From the NCBI GenBank assembly GCA_044229975.1, contig JBGARZ010000001.1:544001-608000 (forward strand): a stretch of DNA of 64,000 bases, read 5' to 3'. Position 1 is the first letter of the stretch; every line of letters starts with the position of its first letter. Made by a program: the position numbers and the translations under genes. The stretch comes from Polyangiales bacterium (GTDB lineage Bacteria > Myxococcota_A > Polyangia > Polyangiales > Ga0077539). Positions 45,478-60,538 of the stretch are shown here, one piece after another. The notes under the pieces were generated by a model. That model made no database searches, had not been told where the DNA came from, and saw only the letters and a list, made by a program, of their open reading frames with translations.

Positions 45478-47650
45478 CGCCCCGCCCGGTGCGCTGGAGC
45501 GTCTGCGCGAAGCACCCGTACTGAACCTTCACCGCGTCGAGCTGCGTGAAGATCGCGTGCGGGTCGTACACGCCGTCGCCCTCGTACTGAACCACCGCGC
45601 TGGTGATGGTCGCAGGGGGCGTTCCGCGCATGAGGTTGCCGGTGATGGGGTACGGCGCGAGGCCCATGCGCGCGTCGAGGGTGAGCGAGCGCTGCATGCC
45701 GGGCCACACCTCCGCGCCGCCCTGCGGGTGACCGTAGGCGAGCGCGATCTCATCGAAGGTGCTGGTGGAGAAGTACGAGTCCCCACGACCGACCGGAACA
45801 TACGCCGACACGGGCGTCTTCCCCGGCAGCGGATCGCGCGAGATGCGCGACACGTACGCGATGGGATCGACCGGCTCCCAGAGTGTTTGCAGCAGCCCCA
45901 TGGCCGGGTGGACGAAGCTGAGCGAGCGGCCCTGGAGGAGGGTTCCGATGAGGGAGCCGACGCCGGGGATGATCTGCGACTCGAAGATGAAGCGCGACCA
46001 GTGCCCGCCGCCGCCGGTGGGGATGGCGCCGCGCACGCGAGGCTCGGTCGCGGCGAGGAAGTGCGTGTACATCCCGCCCATGGACTGCCCCATCACCACG
46101 AGCTGCGCGGTGTCGAAGCGCGCCTCGGTGGTGCCCGCGGGGAGCGTCGCGCCCGTGCACGCGGCGACGGTTGCGGCGGGGATGCGGAGGCGACCGAGCG
46201 CTTCGAGGAGGAGGCGCTGCTCGAAGAGCCCCTGGCGGAAGGTGTCGCGCATCGCCGCGAGGTTGGTGAGGTTGAGGTACGCGAAGCCCGACGCGCCGGG
46301 CAGACGCTCGGGGTTCACCGGAAGCGCCGAGCCGACGACCGCGAAGCCGCGCGGTGCGAGGTGGTACGCGGGGCCCTGGTCGGCGGTGTAGCAACCCACC
46401 ATGCCGTTGAAGGTGTCGGGGCGGTTGTAGTAGCTCGAACGCGCTCCGGCGCAGGGGTTGGCGGCGCCGCGGGGGGTCCAGGTTCCGCGCGAGACGGGCT
46501 CGTCGCTATAGCCACCGGAGCCGTGGAGCATCTGCACCAACGGGTACCCCTCGGCGGGCATCGCGCTGCGCGGGAGGGTGATGACGACGGGGACGCGCGC
46601 GTAGTTGGCGGGGCTCGTGTAGGTCGTGGTCATGGGAACGCCGTCGGCCCCCACGCGCATCAACCCGTCGGTGTTGAAGGGCGGCGCGCCAAACTGAAAC
46701 TGCGGCATGGTCACCGTCGCGCGCAGCTCGCAGTAGCGCGGGTGCACGGTAGGCGTGTCGCCCGGCGCGAGCGCGAGACCGTCGACCGTGACGTCGAAGC
46801 GGTCGACCACGCGATCGCCGAGGCGGGCCGTCTCGGCCACCACATCGCCGGTCGTGAACACCGTGGCCGCGACCACCGTGCTGGCGTCGATGTTGGCGGT
46901 GCGCAGCGTCTCCCAGAGCGGCGCGTAGAGGGTAGCCGCGGCGGCTGCGCGTCGACCCGACGGGGTGCGCCCGGCGCGGAGGTCGGCGAGCGCGGCGCTG
47001 GCCTCGACGGGGCGATCGCTGGCGTCGCGCAAGGCGCTGGTGAGCACGAAGGCGTAGGTGCGCGCGCCGTGGAGCACGAAGCCCGGATAGGGCGCGACGG
47101 CGAGGGTGTTGACGGGCGTGTAGCCGTCTTCGACGAGGGAAGAGGCGACCGTGGGGATGAGCCGTCCGCGCTCGGGCGAGGTGGGGTCGACGTCGATCAG
47201 CAGCACGGGTGAGGTGGCCGCGGCGGGGATGGCGTCGGTGAGCGCGCGGGGGGCGAGCGGACCGTCGAAGCGAAACCACGCGACGGGGACGACGGGGAAG
47301 CCGACGCGGTCTTGGGCGACGGCGGCGGCGGCGCGGAGGAGACCCGCGGTGGCGGGGATGGGCATCCCGGCGAAGTCGGGCCCGTTGGTGGCCGTGCGGC
47401 GCAGGTCCGAGGGGAAGGGCAGGTCGTAGAAGCGGGCTGGCTGGGTGGTGTCGGCGTCGAGGTCGAAGAGGGCGCGCGCCGGTCCCTGGTTTACGTCCTC
47501 GGGTAAGACGTCCTGGGCGGACGCGTCGGTGAAGGCAGCCGCGTCGCCCGCGTCGACGCTCGGAGCCGCGTCTGTGGGTGGTGTTGGCGTGGGGTCGGAG
47601 CAGCCGAGACCGAGGGAGGCCGAGAGCAACACCAGGGGAAGAGAGCGCAT
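45431..47650 (-). CDS. lipoprotein alpha/beta-hydrolase (lipase/esterase-like)
   Basis: Lipobox LGLGC; PFPSD N-domain; MLHGSGG oxyanion region; nucleophile elbow GQSMGG; candidate D (GRGDSY) and H (DPHA). Confidence 0.8.
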   Translation of the reverse strand: MRSLPLVLLSASLGLGCSDPTPTPPTDAAPSVDAGDAAAFTDASAQDVLPEDVNQGPARALFDLDADTTQPARFYDLPFPSDLRRTATNGPDFAGMPIPATAGLLRAAAAVAQDRVGFPVVPVAWFRFDGPLAPRALTDAIPAAATSPVLLIDVDPTSPERGRLIPTVASSLVEDGYTPVNTLAVAPYPGFVLHGARTYAFVLTSALRDASDRPVEASAALADLRAGRTPSGRRAAAAATLYAPLWETLRTANIDASTVVAATVFTTGDVVAETARLGDRVVDRFDVTVDGLALAPGDTPTVHPRYCELRATVTMPQFQFGAPPFNTDGLMRVGADGVPMTTTYTSPANYARVPVVITLPRSAMPAEGYPLVQMLHGSGGYSDEPVSRGTWTPRGAANPCAGARSSYYNRPDTFNGMVGCYTADQGPAYHLAPRGFAVVGSALPVNPERLPGASGFAYLNLTNLAAMRDTFRQGLFEQRLLLEALGRLRIPAATVAACTGATLPAGTTEARFDTAQLVVMGQSMGGMYTHFLAATEPRVRGAIPTGGGGHWSRFIFESQIIPGVGSLIGTLLQGRSLSFVHPAMGLLQTLWEPVDPIAYVSRISRDPLPGKTPVSAYVPVGRGDSYFSTSTFDEIALAYGHPQGGAEVWPGMQRSLTLDARMGLAPYPITGNLMRGTPPATITSAVVQYEGDGVYDPHAIFTQLDAVKVQYGCFAQTLQRTGRGVIVDPAGRAADGACE

Positions 47651-47837
47651 CGCGGCGGATCTTCAGCACTCGCCGAGGCGTGCGGCAACCGTGGTCTCGG
47701 CGGCGCACCGGCCGGCGAACGACAGCGCACCCACTGGCATTGGACGGCTCCGGCTCAAGGGTGCTACCCCAGCGGCTCCCCGGCGACTGACACGTCAGTT
47801 CAGCCGCTCGCTTGCCGGGAATCGCTGGAGGTTGTGG

Positions 47838-51440
<3,603 letters not shown>

Positions 51441-51460
51441 GTCTGGAGAGGAGCGACACG

Positions 51461-53398
<1,938 letters not shown>

Positions 53399-53402
53399 TC
53401 CA

Positions 53403-55172
53403 CTACTCGGGAGCGGACTCTTCGTCCTGCTGGAAGATCCGCTCCAGCTCCTCGGCGTACTTCTTCGTCGACTCGATGAGCGCCTTCTCGTCGTCGCGGT
53501 GCACGAACACCTCGCGCACCATCTTCTCGTCGTAGCGGCCGAACTTCTTCACCGTCGACCGCGCCTCGGCGTGCGTCACCCCGAGCTCCTCCAGCGTCGC
53601 CCGCGCCGCGTCCAGGCTCCCCGCGAAGGTCTCGCGGATGACCGACTGCACCCCGGCAGCCAGCAGCGCGTACGCGTGCTGGCGGTTGCGGGCGCGCGCG
53701 ACCACACGCAGATGGGGGAAGTTCGCCTGCACCGTCTTGAGCGCCCGCATCGACGCCTCGAAGTCGTCGATGGCCAGCACGAAGACCGACGCCCGCTCGG
53801 CGCCCGCCGCGCGCAGCAGGTCGACCCGCGACGCGTCGCCGTAGTGGATCTTGTTGCCGAAGCGCCGCACGAAATCGACGTGCGTCGCGCTCGCGTCGAG
53901 GGCCGTGAAGGTGATGCGCTTGATGCGCAGCACGCGGGCCACCACCTGACCGAAGCGGCCGAAGCCCGCGATGATCACCCGGCTGCCATCGTCCTCGATG
54001 GTGTCGAACGCTCGCGGCGCCGCGCCCGCGTCGAGCCGGCGAAACGCCGCGTCGCGCAACTTGAACAGCAGCGGCGTGAGCACCATCGACAGCGTCACGA
54101 CCACCACCAGCAGCTCGCCCGTCGGGCGGTCGATGACGTGCGCGGCCTCCGCCACCGTGAAGATCACGAACGCGAACTCACCACCCTGCGAGAGCGCCGC
54201 GCCGAGGCTCACCCGTGCGCGCGGCGGGAGCTTCGCGACGCGACCGAGACCCGCGAGCACGAGGCCCTTGAGGGCGACGAGTCCCACCGCGAGGCCGACG
54301 ACGAGAAACGGGCGCGACGTGAGCACCCGGAGGTTGGCCGACATCCCAACGGCCATGAAGAAGAGCCCGAGGAGCAGTCCCTTGAAGGGTTCGATGTTGG
54401 CTTCGAGCTCGTGGCGGTACTCCGAGTCGGCCAGCAGCACGCCCGCGATGAAAGCCCCGAGGGCCATGGAGAGACCGACGGCGTGCATCACCATCGAGGT
54501 CGCGACGACCACGAGGAGCGCCGAAGCGGTGGAGAGGTCGTGGCTGTGCGCGTTGGCGACGACGCGGAAGGCCGGGCGCAAGAGCAGGCGACCCGCGATG
54601 ACCAGCGCGGCGATGACCGCGACGACGAGCGCTACCTGGAGCAGCGGGCTGCGGGTCGACGGCGTCGACGACACACCAAGGAGGGGGATGAGCGCGAGCG
54701 CCGGGATGGCCGCGACGTCCTGAAACAACAGGATCGAGAAGGCGGTGCGACCGTGGGCGGTGGCGAGCTCGTTCTTCTCGCCGAGGAGCTGGGTGGCGAA
54801 GGCCGTCGAGGACATCGCGAGGCCCACGCCGATGGCGACCGCCGCGGCCGGGTGCGCGCCGAGGGCGATGGAGACCACGCCGACGAGCAGCGCCGTGACG
54901 CCGACCTGGGCGCTGCCGAGGCCGAACACCGCGTGGCGCATCTTCCAGAGACGACTGGGTTCTAGCTCCAGGCCGATGACGAAGAGGAGGAGCACCACGC
55001 CGAACTCGGCGAAGTGCAGGGTCTCGTGCACGTCGCCCACGAGGCCGAGGCCCGACGGGCCGATGAGCGCGCCCGCGACGAGGTACCCGAGCACCGAGCC
55101 GAGGCCGAGGCGCTGGAAGAGCGTCACCGCGACGACCGCGGCCGCGAGGAAGATGGCGGATGTGCTGAGCAT
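53403..55172 (-). CDS. kefC: KefB/KefC-type CPA2 K+/H+ antiporter with KTN domain
   Basis: LGSVLGYLVAG, AEFGVV, SSTA, FQD, SEYRHELE..IEPFKGLLLGLFF, QGGEFAFV, IIAGFGRFGQ, YGDA; kefB versus kefC not resolved. Confidence 0.88.
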   Translation of the reverse strand: MLSTSAIFLAAAVVAVTLFQRLGLGSVLGYLVAGALIGPSGLGLVGDVHETLHFAEFGVVLLLFVIGLELEPSRLWKMRHAVFGLGSAQVGVTALLVGVVSIALGAHPAAAVAIGVGLAMSSTAFATQLLGEKNELATAHGRTAFSILLFQDVAAIPALALIPLLGVSSTPSTRSPLLQVALVVAVIAALVIAGRLLLRPAFRVVANAHSHDLSTASALLVVVATSMVMHAVGLSMALGAFIAGVLLADSEYRHELEANIEPFKGLLLGLFFMAVGMSANLRVLTSRPFLVVGLAVGLVALKGLVLAGLGRVAKLPPRARVSLGAALSQGGEFAFVIFTVAEAAHVIDRPTGELLVVVVTLSMVLTPLLFKLRDAAFRRLDAGAAPRAFDTIEDDGSRVIIAGFGRFGQVVARVLRIKRITFTALDASATHVDFVRRFGNKIHYGDASRVDLLRAAGAERASVFVLAIDDFEASMRALKTVQANFPHLRVVARARNRQHAYALLAAGVQSVIRETFAGSLDAARATLEELGVTHAEARSTVKKFGRYDEKMVREVFVHRDDEKALIESTKKYAEELERIFQQDEESAPE

Positions 55173-55191
55173 GGGGAGGGCGGTGGACAGG

Positions 55192-57930
55192 TCAGCGCTG
55201 GCCGAAGCCGCCGCGGAGCTCGAAGCGCTGGCGGGTCTGCGTCAGCGCCGGCGAGCGGATGCCGAGCTGCGCGCCCACCGGGAGCCCGTAGGTTCCCAGC
55301 GACGCGGGGATGGCGAAGGAGGGGATGGGGATGGTCGGCAGCGCGTCGTTGAGCGAGCGCGTGACGTAGGTCTGCAGGAGCATCGTGGCGGCCGCCGAGA
55401 GCGCCGCGCGGTCGCTCGCGGTGATGGACTCGCTGCTCACCGAGACATGGGTCTCGTCGAGGGTGATGGAGCCGAAGCGGAGCGAGTCGCCCATCAGCGT
55501 CACCGCGCCCGAAGCGCGCGCGCCGATGGACACCTGGAAGGGAGCGGCTCCGCCCGGCACCGTGAACGCCACCTCCAGCGCGCCGAGGTCGAGGTTCACC
55601 CGGCCGTCGTCGCGCAGAAACGCCACCGGCGGGAGCAGGCCCGTCACCGTCAGCGTGGAGCCCATCGGGAGCTCGGAGGAGAGCGCCGAGGCGTTGAGCG
55701 TCGCGTTGAGCCAGGCGCCGCGCCACAGGGCGTGCAGGGCCTGGTTGAGCACCGCGACGTGGATGGCCACCGTGGCCGGCGAGGTGACCCCGGGCTCGCC
55801 CGAGTCGTTGGGCGGGAGCGCCACGCCGAGCGACGCACGGGCGTTGGTGGGAGTGGAGGTGGAGAGCAGCGTGCCGAGCCCGAAGAGCAGGCGCGACGAG
55901 GAGGGCGAGAGCGCCGAGATGTTGACCCCGAAGCGCAGCGGGGTGCTGCCGCTGCCGTCGAGGCGCGGGACGTCGAAGGATGCCCCGAGGCTCGACACGT
56001 CGAGGCCCGAGAAGACCCCGTCGAGCGTGCTCGCGAAGCTGTTGGTGACGTAGTTGCGGAGCTGGGTGGAGACGATGTCGCGGACGGTTCCGTTGGCGAG
56101 GCTCACGACGAGGTCGACGATGAAGCCGGTGATGCCCGAGAAGTCCGTGGAGATGCGGCCCACCGAGGTCGACACGGAGCCCGCGCGGACGGTGGCGTGG
56201 GGGCGCCCGCCCGAGAGCGAGAGGTCGATGATGAGGCCCACGTCGAGCGAGGCGACGTTGACCCAGCCGCTGGTGCTGAAGGTCCCGCCGACGTTGAGGC
56301 GCACCCGGACGTTTTCGAAGCGCACGTTGGCGCGCAGCCCGCCGTCGACCAGGGTGAGCGACGTGGTGTTGGGCCCGTTGAGCTCGCTGCGCTCGTAGTC
56401 GACCGACGAGCGCAGGATGCACGCGCAGCCGACGAACGGTGCGCACACCTCCTGGTCGCACGAGCTGCGCTTGAGGGGGTTGGCGGCGAGCAGCGCCGCG
56501 TGGAGCTGGTCACGCAACCCCTGGCTGTTGATGACGCGCTGGAGCACGTCGTCGATGGAGGTGATCGGGGTGACCGGGTCGCCGTCGTCCACGGCGTCCT
56601 GCCGCAGGAGGAGCTGCACGCTGTTGCCGAAGGCCGACGCCTCGGGGTTGTAGCGGTCGCTCGCGAGGAAGGCGCAGGTGCGGGAGTTCTCCTGACCGTT
56701 GGTGTCGGTGGAGACGATGTCGACGAAGTTGATGCCCCAGCGCGCGGGGATGGCGGTCGTCGCGCTGCCGTCGGCGCCGACGGTCACTGCGGTGCCGTTG
56801 ATGGTCGCGCTGCGCACCCCGGAGGTGTCGGTCAGACGAACGCCGAAGGTCACCATGCTCCCCGGCGCGGCGTTGACCATCGACCCGTGCGCGGGACCAT
56901 TGCAGTCGATGGCCGGGCCGCTGGAGTCGACCACGAAGGAGGTGGTCTGCGTGAGGTCGACGCCGCCCTCCGTCATCCCGGTGACGTGCACCGTGATCGT
57001 GTAGTTGCCCTCGCGGTCGTAGGTGAACACTGCCCCCGTGGTGGCGCTCGCCGCGGGCGCGCTCGCGTAGGTGAGCGGCGCGTCGGGGATGACGTTGCCG
57101 TAGCGATCGGAGACCAGCGCGCGGATCTCCACCGCGGCGCCGCGCGCGTACAGGGGCATGTCGGGCACCCGGCTGATGGACAGCGTCGCGGGGAGCGACG
57201 GGGTCACGGTGAGCGACGCGCCAGTGCCGGTCGCGCCGGCCACCACGCAGCTCGCGGTGTACATGCCCGCGCGCTCGACCTGCGCCGCGAGCCCGGTGAC
57301 GGTCGCGCCCATGCCCGCGGGGTCGAGGCGCAGCGTCGGGGCGGCGTCGGGGATGGCGTTGCCGAAGGCGTCGGTGACCGCGCAGGTGGCCGTGGCCGTC
57401 TCGCCCGCGGCCATGGTCGAGCGGTCGAGCGTGGTGGTCACGCGCGCCGGGACGCCCACCGTGATGCGCACCGTGGAGGGAGTCGCGTCGGTGAACCCGA
57501 GGGTCGGAAACGAGCAGGCCACGGTGACGTCGCCGACGCGCGCGGCGATGGGACGACCCGCCATGTCCTGCACGGAGTCGGCGGGCGCGAAGGTGACGGT
57601 CGGGACGAGGCCGCCGGGGGTCGGCACCAGCACGCCCGCGGCATCGCGAAGGGTGCAGATGACGTCGATGACATCGCCCGCGCGCACGGTCGTAGGCGCG
57701 GCGGTCTCGACGGCGACGGGGACCGCGGGGGGCATCTGGACGTCGGGCGCAACGTCGGGGATCGCGGGCTTGTCGGGCGTGACGCCCGCATCGGCGACGT
57801 CATCGGCGGCGTCCATGGTCTCGCCCGCGTCGGGCGCGCGACCGCCGACTACCGAGAGGCCGGTGCCGCACGCAGCGAGCAGGGCGGAGAGGAGCGAAGC
57901 GAGGAGCACGAGGCCGAAGCGCGACTGCAT
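55192..57930 (-). CDS. large lipoprotein: Ig-like repeats + possible BPI/LBP (TULIP)-like C-terminal domain
   Basis: Lipobox LAAC; Thr/Val-rich Ig-like units (VTDAFGN, VSDRYGN, STDTNG); C-terminal ~430 aa with long beta strands and amphipathic helices (fold is an inference). Confidence 0.75.
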   Translation of the reverse strand: MQSRFGLVLLASLLSALLAACGTGLSVVGGRAPDAGETMDAADDVADAGVTPDKPAIPDVAPDVQMPPAVPVAVETAAPTTVRAGDVIDVICTLRDAAGVLVPTPGGLVPTVTFAPADSVQDMAGRPIAARVGDVTVACSFPTLGFTDATPSTVRITVGVPARVTTTLDRSTMAAGETATATCAVTDAFGNAIPDAAPTLRLDPAGMGATVTGLAAQVERAGMYTASCVVAGATGTGASLTVTPSLPATLSISRVPDMPLYARGAAVEIRALVSDRYGNVIPDAPLTYASAPAASATTGAVFTYDREGNYTITVHVTGMTEGGVDLTQTTSFVVDSSGPAIDCNGPAHGSMVNAAPGSMVTFGVRLTDTSGVRSATINGTAVTVGADGSATTAIPARWGINFVDIVSTDTNGQENSRTCAFLASDRYNPEASAFGNSVQLLLRQDAVDDGDPVTPITSIDDVLQRVINSQGLRDQLHAALLAANPLKRSSCDQEVCAPFVGCACILRSSVDYERSELNGPNTTSLTLVDGGLRANVRFENVRVRLNVGGTFSTSGWVNVASLDVGLIIDLSLSGGRPHATVRAGSVSTSVGRISTDFSGITGFIVDLVVSLANGTVRDIVSTQLRNYVTNSFASTLDGVFSGLDVSSLGASFDVPRLDGSGSTPLRFGVNISALSPSSSRLLFGLGTLLSTSTPTNARASLGVALPPNDSGEPGVTSPATVAIHVAVLNQALHALWRGAWLNATLNASALSSELPMGSTLTVTGLLPPVAFLRDDGRVNLDLGALEVAFTVPGGAAPFQVSIGARASGAVTLMGDSLRFGSITLDETHVSVSSESITASDRAALSAAATMLLQTYVTRSLNDALPTIPIPSFAIPASLGTYGLPVGAQLGIRSPALTQTRQRFELRGGFGQR

Positions 57931-58025
57931 CCCCGTCGCCTACAACGGAAGTGCCGCGTGAACAAAGCCTCGCCCCGCGGTGGTCAGGAGCTCTCGTCGC
58001 GCGCCCGGCAAACGCGGGCCCCGCG

Positions 58026-58055
58026 TTGACGCGCTCTTTGGCGCCGCACTACGGT
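58026..58055 (+). promoter_or_regulatory. candidate sigma70 promoter for the riboswitch leader
   Basis: TTGACG-N18-TACGGT ending just before the aptamer. Confidence 0.45.
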
Positions 58056-58061
58056 CGTCCC

Positions 58062-58246
58062 TGCGTTGGTGATCGGGCGAGTGCCCGGTCTTAATAGGGA
58101 ACCCGGTGAGAATCCGGGGCTGCCCCGCAGCGGTAAGCGAGAACGAACCCCGCCTCCTAACACTGGCCTCCGGGCCGGGAAGTGGTGGGTAGTAGGAACC
58201 CGGTTTCAACGCCGGAGTGCTCGCGAGTCCGAAGACCTGCCGACGT
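58062..58246 (+). ncRNA. cobalamin (AdoCbl/B12) riboswitch
   Basis: Hallmarks in order: GGT, AATAGGGAA (58093), CCGGTGAGAATCCGG, CTGCCCCGCAGCGGTAA, CACTG (58161), GGGAAG (58177), B12 box AGTCCGAAGACCTGCC (58226-58241); P1 cgttggt/gccgacg. Confidence 0.96.
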
Positions 58247-58358
58247 CCGACCGCGGGAGACATCCGCCGGTCGGTTCGCCCTGAGACCTCGTGGGAGGGT
58301 TTCGGAGGGAGACAGGTCGAGACCGGGCGTGAGCGCCGTCGGTGGGAGGAGAATTGGT

Positions 58359-58487
58359 CGCAAGGGCGCAAGGGTCGCAAGGGAGAAGGAGAAGGCTCGG
58401 AGTGGGTCAGGTGGTGGTTGTGGGTGGCGAGGATGAGCGCATCGAGCACTCTGCTGCCCAGCCCATCATGTCCTTGCGACCCTTGCG
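58359..58487. repeat. 24-bp repeat copy 2 with a perfect 16-bp inverted partner
   Basis: 58359-58382 is identical to 25661-25684; cgcaagggtcgcaagg (58367-58382) is the exact reverse complement of ccttgcgacccttgcg (58472-58487). Confidence 0.85.
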
Positions 58488-59667
58488 TCCGGGCGGCTCA
58501 TTCGTCCGCAGCGCCGCGCTGCTCGTGGCGCTCGCCGGGTGCGGCGAGACGCCGCCGACCGCGATTCCATCGGGCCCGCTCCGTCACTCGCTCACGGCCG
58601 CGACTGCGCCCGCGCGGGTGATCGCCATCGGCACCAACTACATCTCGGGCACGGCCTGGTCGGTCAGCGCGAACGGCGCGTCGAGCCCGCTGCCGCTCGG
58701 TGCGACGGGCGACACGGTGGTGCGGCCGTTGGGGGATGTCCTCGCGGTGCTCAACCGTGTGCCGGGCGTGAGCGACAACATCACGCTCCTCGAAGAGCGC
58801 GACGGCGCCCTCGCGCTTGCGGCCCAGATCCCGTTGGTTCGTGACGACGAGCGCTCGACCTCCGCCTACGCCAATCCCCACGACGTCATCGCCCTCGACG
58901 CCAACACCCTCCTCGTCGCGCGTTGGAACCTCCCCTCCCTCGCGGTCGTCGACGTCGCGCTGGGCACCATCACACGCACCATCGACCTCTCGCCCTACCG
59001 AGGCACCGCGCCGCTCCCCAACGCCGATGCGATGTACCGCGTGGGCGACCGCATCTACGTCTCGCTCCAGCGCCTCGACGACGTCATTCGCCCCACCCAG
59101 AACGGGATGGTCGTTCAGCTCGACGCGGGCACCCTCGCGGTCACTGCGACGATCGAGCTGCCCTTCGTAAACCCCGTTGGCCGCTTTCAACCAGTGGGGC
59201 AAGGGAGGGCGCGACTTGCCGCGGTGGGTTGGTACGAGCGCGGTGGAGACGCGGGCATCGTGGAGCTCGACCTGCGCGGCGACGCACCGGCTGTGCAGGT
59301 GGTCGTGCGCGACGAAGACCTGCCCGCGAACGTGCGCGGCAACATCGACGGACTCGCGCTGATCGACGAGGACTTGATGGTGCTCAAGGTCGCGGGCGAG
59401 CGCCGACCGAACATGGACATCGACGTGCTTCGGGTGCTCCGCTACGACCGGCGGACTCGGGCGGTGCGCGTGCTCGTCGAGCGCCGCCTCTGGAGCGGCG
59501 CCGCGCCGGTGGTGCTCGGGAGCACGGTGTTTGTGGGCGACCCGGGCGAGACGGCGGGCTACCGGGGCGCCGGTGTGCGCCGCTTCACCCTGGCGGGCGA
59601 CCCCATGGGGAGCGAAGCGGCGGTGGGCGTCGAGATGTTTCCGTACGACCTGCAAGCGGCGCCGTAG
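58468..59667 (+). CDS. riboswitch-controlled beta-propeller lipoprotein (YncE/BtuG-like)
   Basis: Lipobox LAGC; blade motifs NPHDVIAL..LLVARW..LAVVD..ITRTIDL, GDRIYVSLQRL, VVQLDAGTLAVTATIEL..NP; start uncertain (ATG 58468 or TTG 58483). Confidence 0.8.
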   Translation: MSLRPLRPGGSFVRSAALLVALAGCGETPPTAIPSGPLRHSLTAATAPARVIAIGTNYISGTAWSVSANGASSPLPLGATGDTVVRPLGDVLAVLNRVPGVSDNITLLEERDGALALAAQIPLVRDDERSTSAYANPHDVIALDANTLLVARWNLPSLAVVDVALGTITRTIDLSPYRGTAPLPNADAMYRVGDRIYVSLQRLDDVIRPTQNGMVVQLDAGTLAVTATIELPFVNPVGRFQPVGQGRARLAAVGWYERGGDAGIVELDLRGDAPAVQVVVRDEDLPANVRGNIDGLALIDEDLMVLKVAGERRPNMDIDVLRVLRYDRRTRAVRVLVERRLWSGAAPVVLGSTVFVGDPGETAGYRGAGVRRFTLAGDPMGSEAAVGVEMFPYDLQAAP

Positions 59668-59668
59668 G

Positions 59669-60538
59669 ATGGCGACCATGACCGACCCCAACGCACGACA
59701 GATCGCCGAATGGAACGGCAACAGCGGCGAGCGCTGGGTCGCCAACCAGGGGCGACTCGACCTCATGCTCTCCGCCTTCGGTGACGCCGCACTGCGAGCG
59801 GCCGCGGCGCTCCCCGGCGAGGTGGTTCTCGACGTGGGCTGCGGCGCCGGCACGAGCACCCTCGCGCTCGCACGAGCCGTGGCGCCAACGGGTCGCGTGG
59901 TCGGCCTCGACGTCTCCGCACCCCTCGTCGAGCGCGCAGGCCAACGGGCGCGCGAGCAGGGTGTCGCCGCGGAGTTCAGGCTCGGTGACGCCAGCCGGGT
60001 CGAGGTGCCCGTCCGGTCGTTCGATCTCTTGTTTTCGCGCTTCGGGGTGATGTTCTTCGACGACCCGGTGCGTGCCTTCGAGCACCTGCGCGCGGCGCTC
60101 AAGCCAAACGGGCGACTGGCCTTCGTGTGCTGGCGCACGGCCCGCGAAAACGACTGGGTGAGCTTGCCCGTGGGCGCCGTTCGCGACCTGGTCGACGTCC
60201 CGAAGACGGACCCCGAGGCTCCCGGTCCCTTCGCCTTCGGTGACGGCGCTCGCGTCGCCCGCATCCTCACCGACGCGGGCTTCCGCGACGTCGCGGTCGC
60301 GCCCTTCGACCACCGCCTCGTCTTCGGCCGCGGCGCGACGCGCGACGCCGCGATCGACGACGCCGTCGAGCACTCCTTCCAGGTCGGCCCGTTGCAGCGA
60401 CTGCTCGCCGATCAGCCCGACGATGTTCGCACGCGCGCCACCGCCGCGGTCCGCGCCGCCTTCGCCCGGCGCGCCGAGCCCGACGGCGTCGTCATCGACA
60501 GCGCCGCCTGGATCGTCACCGCGCGCGCTGCCGCGTAG
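59669..60538 (+). CDS. class I SAM-dependent methyltransferase
   Basis: VLDVGCGAG, VVGLDVS, GDA, SRFGVMFF, PGPFAF; 1 bp after the lipoprotein stop. Confidence 0.92.
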   Translation: MATMTDPNARQIAEWNGNSGERWVANQGRLDLMLSAFGDAALRAAAALPGEVVLDVGCGAGTSTLALARAVAPTGRVVGLDVSAPLVERAGQRAREQGVAAEFRLGDASRVEVPVRSFDLLFSRFGVMFFDDPVRAFEHLRAALKPNGRLAFVCWRTARENDWVSLPVGAVRDLVDVPKTDPEAPGPFAFGDGARVARILTDAGFRDVAVAPFDHRLVFGRGATRDAAIDDAVEHSFQVGPLQRLLADQPDDVRTRATAAVRAAFARRAEPDGVVIDSAAWIVTARAAA

